A stretch of 64,000 nucleotides of DNA from a virus (IMGVR_UViG_2939702853_000004:1-64000); one strand, 5' to 3'. Counted from the first letter of the stretch, positions 42,971-54,341 are shown. Program-made: numbers and translations. Notes: generated by a model not told the origin, from the sequence alone.

Positions 42971-44503
42971 TCATTCTTCTTTGTTAAGTGCCTTTTTCAA
43001 ATCCTTAACTTGTTTTTCTGTTTTAAGCTTCTTGCTTTCTTTTTTGAGTTGCTTTAATTCCTTCTCGTTTTCAGAAGGTACAAGATATCCTCTCTCAATC
43101 CATATATTTTTACCTTTATCAACCTCAAAACATAAAATATCCTTATCTTTACCACCACGGTTTTTATCAATAACAACCATATAATAGTTTGTATGTATAT
43201 CTAATTTAGTTGTAGATTCTCCAACAAACGGGTCATTAGGATTGAATATAACAAACTTATCGTATTGATCTTTAGATATTGGTTTAGCCATCATTAGTGC
43301 ATCGGCTACGTGCTTAATATGTTTACCGTTAGCAATGGCTTGGCTTGTCAGCATATCATTAAACAAACTATCATCCGTCAATTGGAATGTAGACCATACT
43401 GGGATATCCTCAGTGCTTGCCACTTCCTTCAACATATCGGCAGTCCTAACAAATGTCATCCAATCATGATCAGGCGCTTTCATTGTGTCATATATAATTA
43501 ACTGACAATTTCTTAATTTGTGTCTTTTAATTTGTCGCTTAAGAGTGTTTTCGTCATACTTATTGAGTTCTAAGAAATAAATCTTACTGTTCTCTTTTAT
43601 GTATCGAGCCGCTTCCTTAACGATCTCTTCTTCGTCTTCAGTCAAAGTTCCAGTTACAATTTTCGTTTCATCGATTCCGTCTATACCTTTTCTTTTCATT
43701 TGAATATCGAATCCAAATTCGGGATTGTTTAGGACGCTACTGATCTGCATACCCAACCATTCATTTTCATCCTGTTCATTCACAAGTACCAGCACAGGGA
43801 TTTTCAGCTTAATTCCAAGATAACATGCTATTTTACTTGTAGTACGACTTTTACCACATCCACTATGCATCCCAAAAAGGTTGAATTTCTTACCCCTAAG
43901 TCCACGCAATAGAGAATTGATTATCTCAAATGGAATTGGTATTCCTACGTCTGGAGTTAACTTCCATTCTTCAATCTTTTCAGGCATGTTATGTCCTAAA
44001 ATAACACTGTCTTCTACTCCACCAATCACTGTACCAATAGTATTGATCTGGTACTCCATCCCTTTTATGATGTCTTCGGTTCCAATCTTATCGAAATCAT
44101 TTCTATCCATTAACTTTTGAACCGGGAAACCTTTTCGTTCAAATTCTCTAAGCAGAGAAAACTTTTTAAGCTTCTCATAATAGCCGGGGAAATCATCTAA
44201 ATCAACTATTCTTGTAATTCTATCTATGTATGAGTAGCCCTTCAGATAATCATACTTCTTTTTTCGTTCATCATTCGAATTCATATAGATGTTTATTTTC
44301 ACTTCATTTATTTCTGTTCCTGCATGTTGACTATATAAATCAAGTAATGAATCGTACATAAACCTAGCCGATGGCTGATTAAAATCATATTTAGATTTAA
44401 TCACTTCGCTATAATCCAAAAGTAGATCGGGGTTTAAATAAAAACTTCCCACCACTAACATTTCAGTTGAAATGTCTTCGATTGTAGATGTTACGTCAGA
44501 AAT
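42971..44503 (-). CDS. DnaB-like replicative helicase; probable ATT start at 44503
   Basis: Walker A-like GMHSGCGKS, IIYDT, STFQL, IDKNRGG. RBS GAGGAGGG 7 nt before ATT. Confidence 0.88.
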   Translation of the reverse strand: MSDVTSTIEDISTEMLVVGSFYLNPDLLLDYSEVIKSKYDFNQPSARFMYDSLLDLYSQHAGTEINEVKINIYMNSNDERKKKYDYLKGYSYIDRITRIVDLDDFPGYYEKLKKFSLLREFERKGFPVQKLMDRNDFDKIGTEDIIKGMEYQINTIGTVIGGVEDSVILGHNMPEKIEEWKLTPDVGIPIPFEIINSLLRGLRGKKFNLFGMHSGCGKSRTTSKIACYLGIKLKIPVLVLVNEQDENEWLGMQISSVLNNPEFGFDIQMKRKGIDGIDETKIVTGTLTEDEEEIVKEAARYIKENSKIYFLELNKYDENTLKRQIKRHKLRNCQLIIYDTMKAPDHDWMTFVRTADMLKEVASTEDIPVWSTFQLTDDSLFNDMLTSQAIANGKHIKHVADALMMAKPISKDQYDKFVIFNPNDPFVGESTTKLDIHTNYYMVVIDKNRGGKDKDILCFEVDKGKNIWIERGYLVPSENEKELKQLKKESKKLKTEKQVKDLKKALNKEE

Positions 44504-44516
44504 GTTATCGCCCTCC

Positions 44517-45122
44517 TCAGTCAAACAGTGTTGTAACATCAATCTGGTCAGGCTCATCTTTTGATGCTACTTTGTTAATTTGAATCTGGTTAATCCTCTC
44601 GCGGACATTGCTCATTGATTCTACATGCTTACTCAAAGCTTCAGATTCAACTTGATTTCGCTTAGTTTGTCTATTCGCTCTAATGGAGTTTTCAATGTTG
44701 CTTTTTACTATTGCAAAACAATATTTTAGCTCAGCCATTATGGTTTTGAATTCTTTATTGCCTCTGGCCCATTCTATTTTTTCAAAGCAATAATTATATG
44801 TATCTTCAATAACTTTATACGATACTCCTTGCTTGTACCTTTTATTTATCTTCCCAAATAAAACCGAATCATTTCTAACGTCTTGTATAAATGGGAAGAA
44901 AGAATGAGGAATAGATGCTCTACCTTGCAATCTGTGTATTTTTACTATTTTATCTGTTAGAGAATCTTTTTCTTCTTGTTCTGATTGCTTAAAAGCTCTT
45001 TCTCTCTTCCATCTTTCATGACAGTATTCTTTGTGATAATGCCGTTTATCTGTTTCTCTAACCATATCTGCTTTATGACCGTATTGTCCACACACTGGAC
45101 ATTTCAATAATCGTTCTGCCAA
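44517..45122 (-). CDS. Zinc-finger replication protein upstream of the helicase (putative loader)
   Basis: CPVC...H..C motif; position upstream of helicase and primase; RBS AGGAGGTG. Confidence 0.55.
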   Translation of the reverse strand: MAERLLKCPVCGQYGHKADMVRETDKRHYHKEYCHERWKRERAFKQSEQEEKDSLTDKIVKIHRLQGRASIPHSFFPFIQDVRNDSVLFGKINKRYKQGVSYKVIEDTYNYCFEKIEWARGNKEFKTIMAELKYCFAIVKSNIENSIRANRQTKRNQVESEALSKHVESMSNVRERINQIQINKVASKDEPDQIDVTTLFD

Positions 45123-45135
45123 CTTATCACCTCCT

Positions 45136-45972
45136 TTAAATTACAAATTTATCGAACACAGGTAGTCTCAACATGTTGTTTTTGGTATAACCTCTATGTT
45201 TAACAACGCATTTTATAAGAGGCTGAAGATATACCATATCGTTCGTCTCTTTAGTTTTGAGTTGCTGAAATATCTTGAATCCTGCTTGTCTCTCTGGTTT
45301 GCCCACTCCTAACTCCATTACGCCTAATATACGCTCTCCATCTGACAGCAGCCATCCGAAATCTTCTTTTCTGTATCCAGCAATAAAGAATTCGTCAACT
45401 TCATAAGCAATTACTTTTCTCCATGCGGAAGACCTTTTGCCTATTTCATACTTAGAACCAATCAATTTTTGAACGGTTCCTTCTAGCCCTTGCTGTTTCA
45501 CTAAATTAAAGTACTCAATGCCTTTGCCAACAAGAAACTTGGATTTTGTATAGTGAGTATTTACAATGAATGATTCCTCAAGTAACTCCTTACGTTCAAG
45601 CAGGGGCAGCATAGTTACATCTTTATATTTATATTTAATGATGTCAAACGCACATGCAGTAACTTTATGTTTACTCTTATTTGATTTAAATCTCTCCATT
45701 ACAGCCGAAAAGTTTGGCTTGCCATCAGTATCAGAGACGATCAGTTCACAATCAATTACGCTGCCATCAGGAATAGGTAAAAAATCAATCAACTCAGGAA
45801 AGTTTGCTGTAATTTCATTATTATGTCGTGTATACAATCTTGGACGGTCGATATTACTGACAATCAACCTTATTCCATCTAATTTTAACTCTGTTATATA
45901 ATTATCATCGTTAAACGGTTTATTGTCCTTTGCGTACTCTAGAAGCATTGGAGACACAAACATTTTCATCAC
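45136..45972 (-). CDS. ATP-dependent DNA ligase
   Basis: SPMLL, ELKLDGIR (KxDG), FDII, R.ELL, LEG.V.K..S.Y..GKRS..W.K, LRLP.F. Confidence 0.92.
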   Translation of the reverse strand: MMKMFVSPMLLEYAKDNKPFNDDNYITELKLDGIRLIVSNIDRPRLYTRHNNEITANFPELIDFLPIPDGSVIDCELIVSDTDGKPNFSAVMERFKSNKSKHKVTACAFDIIKYKYKDVTMLPLLERKELLEESFIVNTHYTKSKFLVGKGIEYFNLVKQQGLEGTVQKLIGSKYEIGKRSSAWRKVIAYEVDEFFIAGYRKEDFGWLLSDGERILGVMELGVGKPERQAGFKIFQQLKTKETNDMVYLQPLIKCVVKHRGYTKNNMLRLPVFDKFVI

Positions 45973-46325
45973 CCATTTAACAGTATATCAAATGGGTATA
46001 TACTATTTTAGCGGTAAGATATGTATATCGTTTAAAATGAAGACTTTATACGAACTCATGATACAGTTGGATAACATTAACATTGTCGATCAATTGGTCA
46101 TGCTCGTTTAAAACCATAATACATGATTCGTTTATTGGTACATATACGCCAGTTTCGTTGAGATGTTTTACAATGATTTGTTTAACCTCATCCAAACTTA
46201 AAGTATATCCCACTGTCACAGAATACCCTCCTCCTTTCTTTGGTATTAAGTCGCAGTTCTAAAATCTTTACTTCTGCCTTCCTACCTAGTACCATAAACA
46301 TATTACTTTTAAGGAGCGACCTTGA

Positions 46326-46709
46326 ATGACATTGAATGAGCAAATTGCCTTCCTTTATTATGATAAACTGTACAGCACTAGACAGGTGGCTAAGGAGCTT
46401 AATATATCTACATCGGCTGTGTCTAAAGTCTTAAAAGAACATTATACTGGCTGTCGAAATAGAAGTGCGGCATGTAACTTACGGACAACCAGCAATTATT
46501 GCACCAAGTTATCCGTTTCTCAACAAGGCGATAACAACAATCAAAGAAAGCTTAGCTCTGAAGAAGTTATTGAAATCAGAGAGTTATATGAAGAAATGAT
46601 TAAATCAAATACTAAACTCCAGTCTCAATATATGCTTGCTCAAAAGTTTGGTGTAAGAAGACCGACAATATCAGATATTGTTTTACGAAGAACATGGAAG
46701 CATATATAA
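46326..46709 (+). CDS. Counter-oriented double-HTH DNA-binding protein (homing-endonuclease-type HTH, no nuclease domain)
   Basis: STRQVAKELNISTSAV and LAQKFGV.RPTISDIV.RRTWKHI; RBS AAGGAG. Confidence 0.65.
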   Translation: MTLNEQIAFLYYDKLYSTRQVAKELNISTSAVSKVLKEHYTGCRNRSAACNLRTTSNYCTKLSVSQQGDNNNQRKLSSEEVIEIRELYEEMIKSNTKLQSQYMLAQKFGVRRPTISDIVLRRTWKHI

Positions 46710-46741
46710 TTGATCAAATTGAACTTTTACTCAAAAGGATC

Positions 46742-47905
46742 TTAGTTATCTATCCATGCTTCATATTCTTCTTCTGGTACTTCACGTACTACAAAGCACT
46801 TCTTAGCAAAAATCTTATAATCTTCTTTGTGGCTAAAGTCTTCGTATGGAATAATGGCTTCAATTAAAACACCTTGATACGCATAATTAGACTCTTCTAT
46901 CTCTGAACGCTCATTAAAATACAAATATTCATTATTTGGAGTTGCCATTTGAGCAATTTTATATTCATAATTCTTGTCCCAGTGACTAAAATAACGACCA
47001 TCACGTTTACACACAAACTTATAAAACTTACGAGATTCTATGTATTGTTTACCGTCAAATTCTTCTACTTCTTCATAGTCTCTATTGAACTTTTTGAGTG
47101 CTCCTTTTGCAGAAAGCTTGTATGTATAACCGTTAATTCTTGTAATTTTAGGCGTTTCCTCTTCAATTAGGTCTATAATATCATCTACGCTATTAAAGAT
47201 TATTTCTTCAGGTTTTTTGAAATATTCTTCACTTTGCGACAAGTCCGCAATTTTATCAATCACATTAGAAAGGCTAAACTCTTCTCCTTCATCCAAACTA
47301 ATCAGCTTATCGTAATTAATCCCGTACATTCCACCTAAATGCTCTTTTAATTTCTCGATACTGTCAATTTCTAAGTCCATGCAGCGCAGGGCTATTCGTA
47401 AGAATTCAGGTTTCGAAATGTAATATCCCTTATCTTTATATTTTTGAACTCTCAACAACGATACAATTGGAAATGCTGTATCTTTATTAAATCTAAGCTG
47501 TCTCTGTGCATTATGCTTTAGGAAATCATTATGTAGGATAAATTCTTCTGTTTTAAAATCAAATGCTCCCATGCAGATCGTAAAGTCAAAGCTATCAAAT
47601 ATCTGTTCAGCATTCTCGAAGTACTTAAAATGAATCAATTGAACTTCTTTATCGTCCACTTTTACAAGTAACGCCTTTTTAGTTAATGCATGTACCCAAT
47701 CACCACCGTCTTCATAAATCTTCTCCACTAATTCAACTAACGAGGCTTCACTACGGAAGTACAAATCAATATCGTTGATTGGATTTCCACTAAATAAACT
47801 TGTAATAGTTCCTCCGGCAATAAATACCTCATGTTCCTTCAGTGTTTTTACAAGATGGGTTCCTAAGATATCGTACAACTTATTCTTTTCAAAAATATGG
47901 CTCAT
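46742..47905 (-). CDS. Pol-beta-superfamily nucleotidyltransferase-like protein
   Basis: FIAGG...NDIDLYF and FDFTIC, similar to the head domain of CCA-adding/poly(A) polymerases. Confidence 0.7.
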   Translation of the reverse strand: MSHIFEKNKLYDILGTHLVKTLKEHEVFIAGGTITSLFSGNPINDIDLYFRSEASLVELVEKIYEDGGDWVHALTKKALLVKVDDKEVQLIHFKYFENAEQIFDSFDFTICMGAFDFKTEEFILHNDFLKHNAQRQLRFNKDTAFPIVSLLRVQKYKDKGYYISKPEFLRIALRCMDLEIDSIEKLKEHLGGMYGINYDKLISLDEGEEFSLSNVIDKIADLSQSEEYFKKPEEIIFNSVDDIIDLIEEETPKITRINGYTYKLSAKGALKKFNRDYEEVEEFDGKQYIESRKFYKFVCKRDGRYFSHWDKNYEYKIAQMATPNNEYLYFNERSEIEESNYAYQGVLIEAIIPYEDFSHKEDYKIFAKKCFVVREVPEEEYEAWIDN

Positions 47906-50763
47906 TCAATATCTCCTCTATGTATTGATTTGTCTTACAAATATATAATAACACATTTCATTATTTTTGTATATTAAATTTAGTTTATTTTCACTTCTAT
48001 ATTCAAAGCAACAACTAGTTTCATCAGAAAGATCCAGTTGTTTAGTATATATCACCTCCTCATATTGATAAAATCAACCTTTGATCAAAAGTTATTCTTT
48101 TAGATGAATAACTAGATTTCCATCTTGAATATAGCACTGAACCAATCTTTCTTCTGCATTATCAATATCCTCTGTGTTCTTCGCAACCAAATTAATAATG
48201 TCAATCAGATCTGCCTTAATCTCAATTCTTCCGTCTTCTAGTCTTTGGGTATTAGTGTACATATAGACCTTCCCCTTCTTAATTAATGTAAGTCTTCCTC
48301 TTTATTGCTCACTTTCTCTTTTTGGCTCGATTTAAATTTTATCCAATCGAGAAAATGTCGGGACTGCTTTAAGGTGTAGTTTTCTAAAAATTCATTCACA
48401 CTAATTTTTAGAGTTTCATCCAGATATTCTTGTAACTCTTCTCGTGTCGTGTAAAAATAAAACTTGCTGTATTGGTTATCAGCGATTAATTGTATACTAT
48501 ATGTTTGTTCATTCACGTTGCAATCTCCTCTTGTTGTCATATAATATAATATTATGATATCTCATAGTCCATCCAAATCAAAGTAAACTTTTATTCAAAT
48601 TAGCCCATTATCTTTACTTCTTCATAGATTTCTCGAAGCTCTTTGATGGCAGATTTTATCTTTCTTTTATCTACTTTTTCAGGATAGTATTCAATGTCAT
48701 CTATCAATTGCTCTTTGAGTTGCTCGTCAGTCATTTCAAACAGCTCTAATCCACTCCATTCATCCGACCAAATTGACCCAATACACTGACGGGTCGAAGA
48801 GGTGTCATCATCAATTTCACAGTAAAGTTCCCAATAGTTGTACTTTTTATTGATTTTCATTTTCCTGCCTCCATTATCGTAAAAGAAAGATTTTATCCTA
48901 TATTGAATTGATCCATTAAATAATCTCTATAATTAACCCGACCAAAGAATATCAACTGTTCGTGAGCTGCCAACTCATTTTGAATAAGATGTCGAACTAA
49001 ATAATCTCTATATTTGATTCTTAAATCTGTACTATCAATTCCAGAATACCGAGCAACCCTTTCTAATATCTCAAGAATCATTCTTTTATCATCATGAGCT
49101 AAATTCAAATATGCTATGCGCTTATTCTCTTTCCTTTTGTAATACGTTTTTACTAATGGCTCAAGTGCTTTGAAAAGTTCACTGCCTTGAGTTTGCTTTC
49201 TTAAAAAGTGGTATGTTCCCAGATTGGCAGTAAACGGAATTTCGATATTATATATTTCCTTTGCGATTCTACACAATGATCTTGATATTGGGGATAAATC
49301 CGACTCTATCTCTTTTACAGCCAGTGCAAGTTCCTCTCCAAATGCACCATTAGATAATAAAAACAGTACATAGGCTCCTCCTTGAACCTTCTTCATTACA
49401 ACCCTCCCTCTTGTTAAAAGGAAAATTTGATCGTATTATAAATTCCGGTCATATGCTCCTACTACAGTCAACCCAGTAATTTCTACTAAATTATACTGAT
49501 AAAAATCCCTTTTTTCATCAACCATATCATTAATAGAGTTAGCTGCTTCTTGAAGTAAATCATCAATTGTGATTTTTTCTTCTGAAGTAATGATTAGGTC
49601 ACGAGTAATGTCTTCTTCTTCATCGCTGTTTTCGACATGAATATTTATTATTACCTCATAATAATACCGTGTTTGGATAAAACTCTTTGTTGCCTTTTTA
49701 TATTTCATCTAGCCAACCTCTTCCTTTGCGATAAAATGTACGCTTTATCGGATCTTAATGTCTGATACTTTACGAACTAAATCTCCGATAAAAATCATCA
49801 AATCTCTCTCAACAAGCTTGCCCTCATCAGATTGCACCTTAAGAATATTTTGGATACATTCATTCATCAATTCTTCTCTATATGTACTCTGTGCAGCCCG
49901 TAAGTTATCCATTGCATCACCTAATTCATATTCTGCCTTAGACATTTGACTAAATGCACTCATTCTCTTCTCGTTTATCATAGTAATACATCTCCTATAA
50001 AATATTTGTTTTACTTACAGTAATCTATCCGATGATTCATAGCGTCTCGTGAAGTAAAGCACCAATGCCCCGATAAGGAAGAATGTAGTTCCAGTTAAAA
50101 AACCTCTTAGACTGTTTATGTTAAAAGCCATCAATATTGCTGGAACTCCCAATCCACAAGGAAAATACCCGAAAACACCTCTTATCAAAGCCATGATAAA
50201 AGATTTCCGATTCATAAATCCCCCTCCTCTCTAATATGTAATTTATTATACAAACGAACAAATATGCAATTCGGTTTCATAATGTGTTTTTTCAATATTG
50301 GTGTATAGGAGCCTTAACGCAGTCTTTTTAGTCATTTGTTTTTGCTGTGAGAAGTTCCTTGTGTTTAGACACTAATTGTTCCATGTATATCGCCCATTAT
50401 GTAGGTCATACTTTCACCCGATAATCTGTATGTCTTACGAACCAATGTTCTCCACCTTCGATTGGGACTGCTTCGACACCGTATTCTCCGTCTTCTTCCC
50501 CATCAAACTCATCCCACTCAACAACAATACATTCTTGTCCAATTTCAAATTCATGTGAGTTTGTCTTTCCAGTTATAATGATGTGTTGCCCTAACTTTAA
50601 GTCCTGAAAATTGTTGTTGAGTTTACGAATTTCCTCAATACATTCGAGCAACACCTGTTGAACCACTGACTTATCGACATCTTGACTATTTACAATATTA
50701 TTTTCGATTTCGTCCAGTCTTTCTTTATCCATTATTCAATCTCCTTTATGTAAAAGTCATATT

Positions 50764-51219
50764 TTATCGCCTTATTAAAGTACCATCTTTTAATTTTTCT
50801 CTTACAATTTCAATCGTGCGATTGCAACTGACATGTACAGTAGTCAACCTATTTACACACTCTTTAAACAAATCAAGCCTATTGGTATGACAGGATTCGC
50901 AATCTGCAACTTCATATGTGCGATCAGGCCTCTTTTCTGTAGGATTAGGAACTTTAATAAGTTTCCCGTAATTACATTCATGATCATAATCAGTATGATG
51001 AATTTGAAATCCGTGTAGAGGATAGGACTTGTTACACCAAGAACATCTATTGTCTTCTCTTAATCTTAAATATTCCTTTAGAAATGGATTCTTTGTTGTC
51101 TTGCTAACAAAAATCTTCCATGATAACTTTGACCCGTATTTGGCTCTTACTTCCTCTATTCCAAGCAGAGGAACAATTTTGTAGTTCATCGCTTCTTGTT
51201 TCCTTCCTTGTGAGTCCAC
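50764..51219 (-). CDS. HNH-like zinc-binding protein
   Basis: CSWC...QIHHTDYDH...CESC...HVSCN; only gene between repeats 50751 and 51236. Confidence 0.5.
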   Translation of the reverse strand: MDSQGRKQEAMNYKIVPLLGIEEVRAKYGSKLSWKIFVSKTTKNPFLKEYLRLREDNRCSWCNKSYPLHGFQIHHTDYDHECNYGKLIKVPNPTEKRPDRTYEVADCESCHTNRLDLFKECVNRLTTVHVSCNRTIEIVREKLKDGTLIRR

Positions 51220-51690
51220 TGTTTTATCAACCTTTTAAAAGAATTGTTTCATCAAATCATTATTAATTAAAAATTATTCCTACAAGTTCCATGTAAAGCG
51301 AAAATATTAATAACATACCTGAAAGACCAATACCCCAAACTAAAATAATTACAATAAGATATAAAAAAGATATTTTCAAATCAAAATTTTTCGGATTCGA
51401 TGCAAAGATCATTCCACCAATAATGAGCAATGAAAATACCATTAAAAGTGTTGTTAGTAAAAACAGGACGGACAACTGAAAAAGATTTAGATCTAGTATC
51501 TTCCCTAGCGAAAGATTCGAATAAAAGTAAACTCCAGATACACCGAGTATAGTAAAAAGACTACTTACGATCCCTAACTTTTCCGATGCACTTCCCTTAG
51601 AAAATTCTAGCCACAACTGTTCAAAAAATTTTTCTTTTAATTTAACTTCCTCATTCATTCCTTGTACTCATTCCTCATAAAAGTGTTATT

Positions 51691-52410
51691 TTACATTTTG
51701 TAGGTTGTGTGAGTTATAATCTTGCGGATTGCACTAGGCGTAACATCAAATTTTTCAGCAATTGTTTTGGTGGGCACTCCTTGTTTGTCTAAATTTCTTA
51801 TTTCTATTATTTCGTCATCATTAAATTTTTTCCCGAATTTATATTGCCTTTCGTACCATTTATTTAAATGTGCAAAATCATCGGGTTTAAAATTAAATTC
51901 GGGGATGCAATACGAAATTAATTCATATATTTCTCCTGTTTCATTGTACTCACGGTATTTAGTTAAAGCTCCAATTAATCCGTTTTCCTCCATTACTTTT
52001 AAATTAAAATCGGCACAAATTTGTTCTTTGTTCCATTTCATTTTATCGAAAACAAGCCAGCGGATAGCCTGTTTAATATCTTCTTTTTTTGTCCAAGTGT
52101 TATTACCTGCCCGAGTTAGTTCCCAAGGTTTAATATCCCAGTCAGGATATACATATCTTAAAATATCATAGGGGCTGTCATTAAATAGTTTTTGAGTACC
52201 ACCGCGTAATTTCCATTTAACAAAAAAATGTTTATTGAAATTCTGCAATACATCTTGTTTTGTCCAAACCAGTCTCTCTTCAAAAAGATAAAGCAGCAAA
52301 GATTTCAAATTTTCTTTCCCATATTCTACTGGATTCCAAGTGCCATCTGGGAATTTCTTTCTTTTCCCGTCAAGAATATCAACGTATATTGACAATAAAA
52401 ACACACTCAC
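51691..52410 (-). CDS. DUF4046-like protein with C-terminal HTH
   Basis: IY..IL.GKRKKFP.GTW and F..SPY......YP...KPWE repeats; only gene between repeats 51678 and 52435. Confidence 0.6.
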   Translation of the reverse strand: MSVFLLSIYVDILDGKRKKFPDGTWNPVEYGKENLKSLLLYLFEERLVWTKQDVLQNFNKHFFVKWKLRGGTQKLFNDSPYDILRYVYPDWDIKPWELTRAGNNTWTKKEDIKQAIRWLVFDKMKWNKEQICADFNLKVMEENGLIGALTKYREYNETGEIYELISYCIPEFNFKPDDFAHLNKWYERQYKFGKKFNDDEIIEIRNLDKQGVPTKTIAEKFDVTPSAIRKIITHTTYKM

Positions 52411-52759
52411 TTTTATGTTAGCCCTCCTCTTATATAAAATTATCTTTTTACTTATCGTCTATTATGCAGCAACTCAATTTTATCAATTTTTGATTTTAAC
52501 TCAACCCAACATTCAGGAACCCAATTGCTAACTTCTAATCCTCTGTAAGCGCTAATCTCTTTATTTCCTTTTTTCTTCATTACCACCGAACCCGAACCGA
52601 TAAATGGACATGTCCAACCTTTGTAGTCACCAATATTTTTATAGATAAGATCAATCTCTTCTTGTCTCATCTGTGCTCCTCCTTGCTAACTTATGATAAC
52701 AATATTATACAACATTTCCCTATGTATTTCTCTCTAATATCTCACTCTTTATATAATAC

Positions 52760-52788
52760 ATTTTATTATTTTTGTATGTTAAAGTCAA
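52760..52788 (-). promoter_or_regulatory. Sigma-A promoter containing the operator-like motif
   Basis: TTGACT-N17-TAAAAT with ATACAAAAATAATAAA across the spacer and -10. Confidence 0.6.
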
Positions 52789-52794
52789 GCTGAA

Positions 52795-53178
52795 TTATTC
52801 CAGCCTGACATATTTATCCAAATCAACATTCATGTATTCAGCAATACGTATTTCAACGTCAAATCGTACCTTAGACCACAAAAAGTATATTTTGTGAGTG
52901 TATCCACGACATAAATACTCTGTAATCAAACTCTTATCTGACTTTACTCCATCAAAAACTTTTATGCCTCTCTGTCTCATTTTTTGACGCACTATTTTTA
53001 AATCCATCAACACTCTACTTTGCAATCCCTCTAGATACAAAACAAATAATTCCTTCATTTTCAAGTCAGATTTCTTGATCTTGCTAATGTTAAGTTCTAA
53101 TACATCCAACACATAAGGTAATTGTATAAAATCAATTACAAGTTGAGTGTCTTCATTAGATGTTATACGATTGCTCAT
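52795..53178 (-). CDS. YhjD-like protein, probably SOS-regulated
   Basis: LPYVLDVLE...RGIKV...YLCRGY; LexA box immediately upstream. Confidence 0.55.
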   Translation of the reverse strand: MSNRITSNEDTQLVIDFIQLPYVLDVLELNISKIKKSDLKMKELFVLYLEGLQSRVLMDLKIVRQKMRQRGIKVFDGVKSDKSLITEYLCRGYTHKIYFLWSKVRFDVEIRIAEYMNVDLDKYVRLE

Positions 53179-53192
53179 AGCTGCACACTCCT

Positions 53193-53206
53193 AGAACGTT
53201 TGTTCT
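53193..53206. promoter_or_regulatory. LexA/SOS (Cheo) box
   Basis: AGAAC-GTTT-GTTCT next to the RBS; matches Firmicute GAAC-N4-GTTC. Confidence 0.7.
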
Positions 53207-53725
53207 TATAGTGTACAAGAATTGAATTAACTATTCAACACTAGAGTACTTGAACATGCTCCCATCTGCATCGATTAATACTTTTAGTCCAACATATTCG
53301 TTATCTATGTATAATTCAAACTCAGTGCCTTTGTAATCGGTTAGAAGCGCATATGAAGGAATATTACCATAGTTCCTCGTGTACGCTTCTCCTGTAGGCA
53401 ATTCCAAACGTAGAACAATGTGATTCCCCATGTGGTTAGTCTTCATGTAAATACGAAATACATTGTCTGTTTTAGGCGGGAATTGATATTGTATATTGGT
53501 TTTCTGTTTTGCCATTATGTATTATCCTCTCTTGGTAAAACGATGCTTTTACTTTAACTTACTTAGGAACAATTATTTCATGATGCAATACAACACAGTC
53601 AGCATACTCATTAACTCCTATCATCTCATCTAAAGGAGTAAAACTATCAAGGCTTCCATTCACACAGTAACCTACACTAGAGTCAGGGTTGCACTTTTAA
53701 AGAACTTTGATTAGATCTCTTACTT

Positions 53726-54190
53726 TCATTTAATCATTAACTCCTTTAGTGCCTTTCCATATTTTCTGTTGCGTTTCACATCTTCTTCGGTTGGATCTTC
53801 AATTCTGCTCAGGTCCATGTTATCTTTAATATCTGCAATTTTTACCTTTCGAGCTAATTCATTTTGCTTACAACGACGAATGAATTCCATATATGATTCA
53901 TCTTTCTTTCTGGTAATTGCCTTAAGTGCCCCAATTACTTCGTCGCTAAACTCACTTTCTTCCGCATCGGCATCATGAATAGAAAAGTGAGTATCTTCCA
54001 AAACGTCATGCAGTACAGCTACAACCATAGAAGTATTATCGTCCATTTTCAACATTACTCTAAGAGGATGGAGAATGTATGGATTCCCTCCCTTGTCAAG
54101 TTGTCCTGCGTGTAGATTAGCAGCAATACTAATTGCTTTGGACAGTTCATTACTTAGTGCTGCCTTATTCAAGTAATTATCTAGTTCCAT
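53726..54190 (-). CDS. HD-domain protein of the RelA/SpoT hydrolase (small alarmone hydrolase-like) type
   Basis: H.GQ.DKGG.PYI.HP.RV, AVLHDVLEDT, VKIAD..DN. Confidence 0.8.
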   Translation of the reverse strand: MELDNYLNKAALSNELSKAISIAANLHAGQLDKGGNPYILHPLRVMLKMDDNTSMVVAVLHDVLEDTHFSIHDADAEESEFSDEVIGALKAITRKKDESYMEFIRRCKQNELARKVKIADIKDNMDLSRIEDPTEEDVKRNRKYGKALKELMIK

Positions 54191-54341
54191 ATCATTACAT
54201 CTCCTCTAATCCATTTATTTAGCAAGCTAATGTTCTCACATGCTCAATTATTCTCATTGTAATTCATCGTAAAAGCCCAATTTTATCTTCCCTTAAACAT
54301 ATATAGTCTTACTTTCTTTACGTAATTAGAGGGGTCAATCT

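Noticed and set aside
42971-44557. ORF-track ATG start of the helicase at 44557
   Set aside because: It lies inside the upstream gene without an SD; a strong SD points to ATT at 44503.
48085-48102. Second boundary site in tandem with 48069 (an empty cassette)
   Set aside because: The spacer length is wrong, and the sequence is explained by the end of a small ORF.
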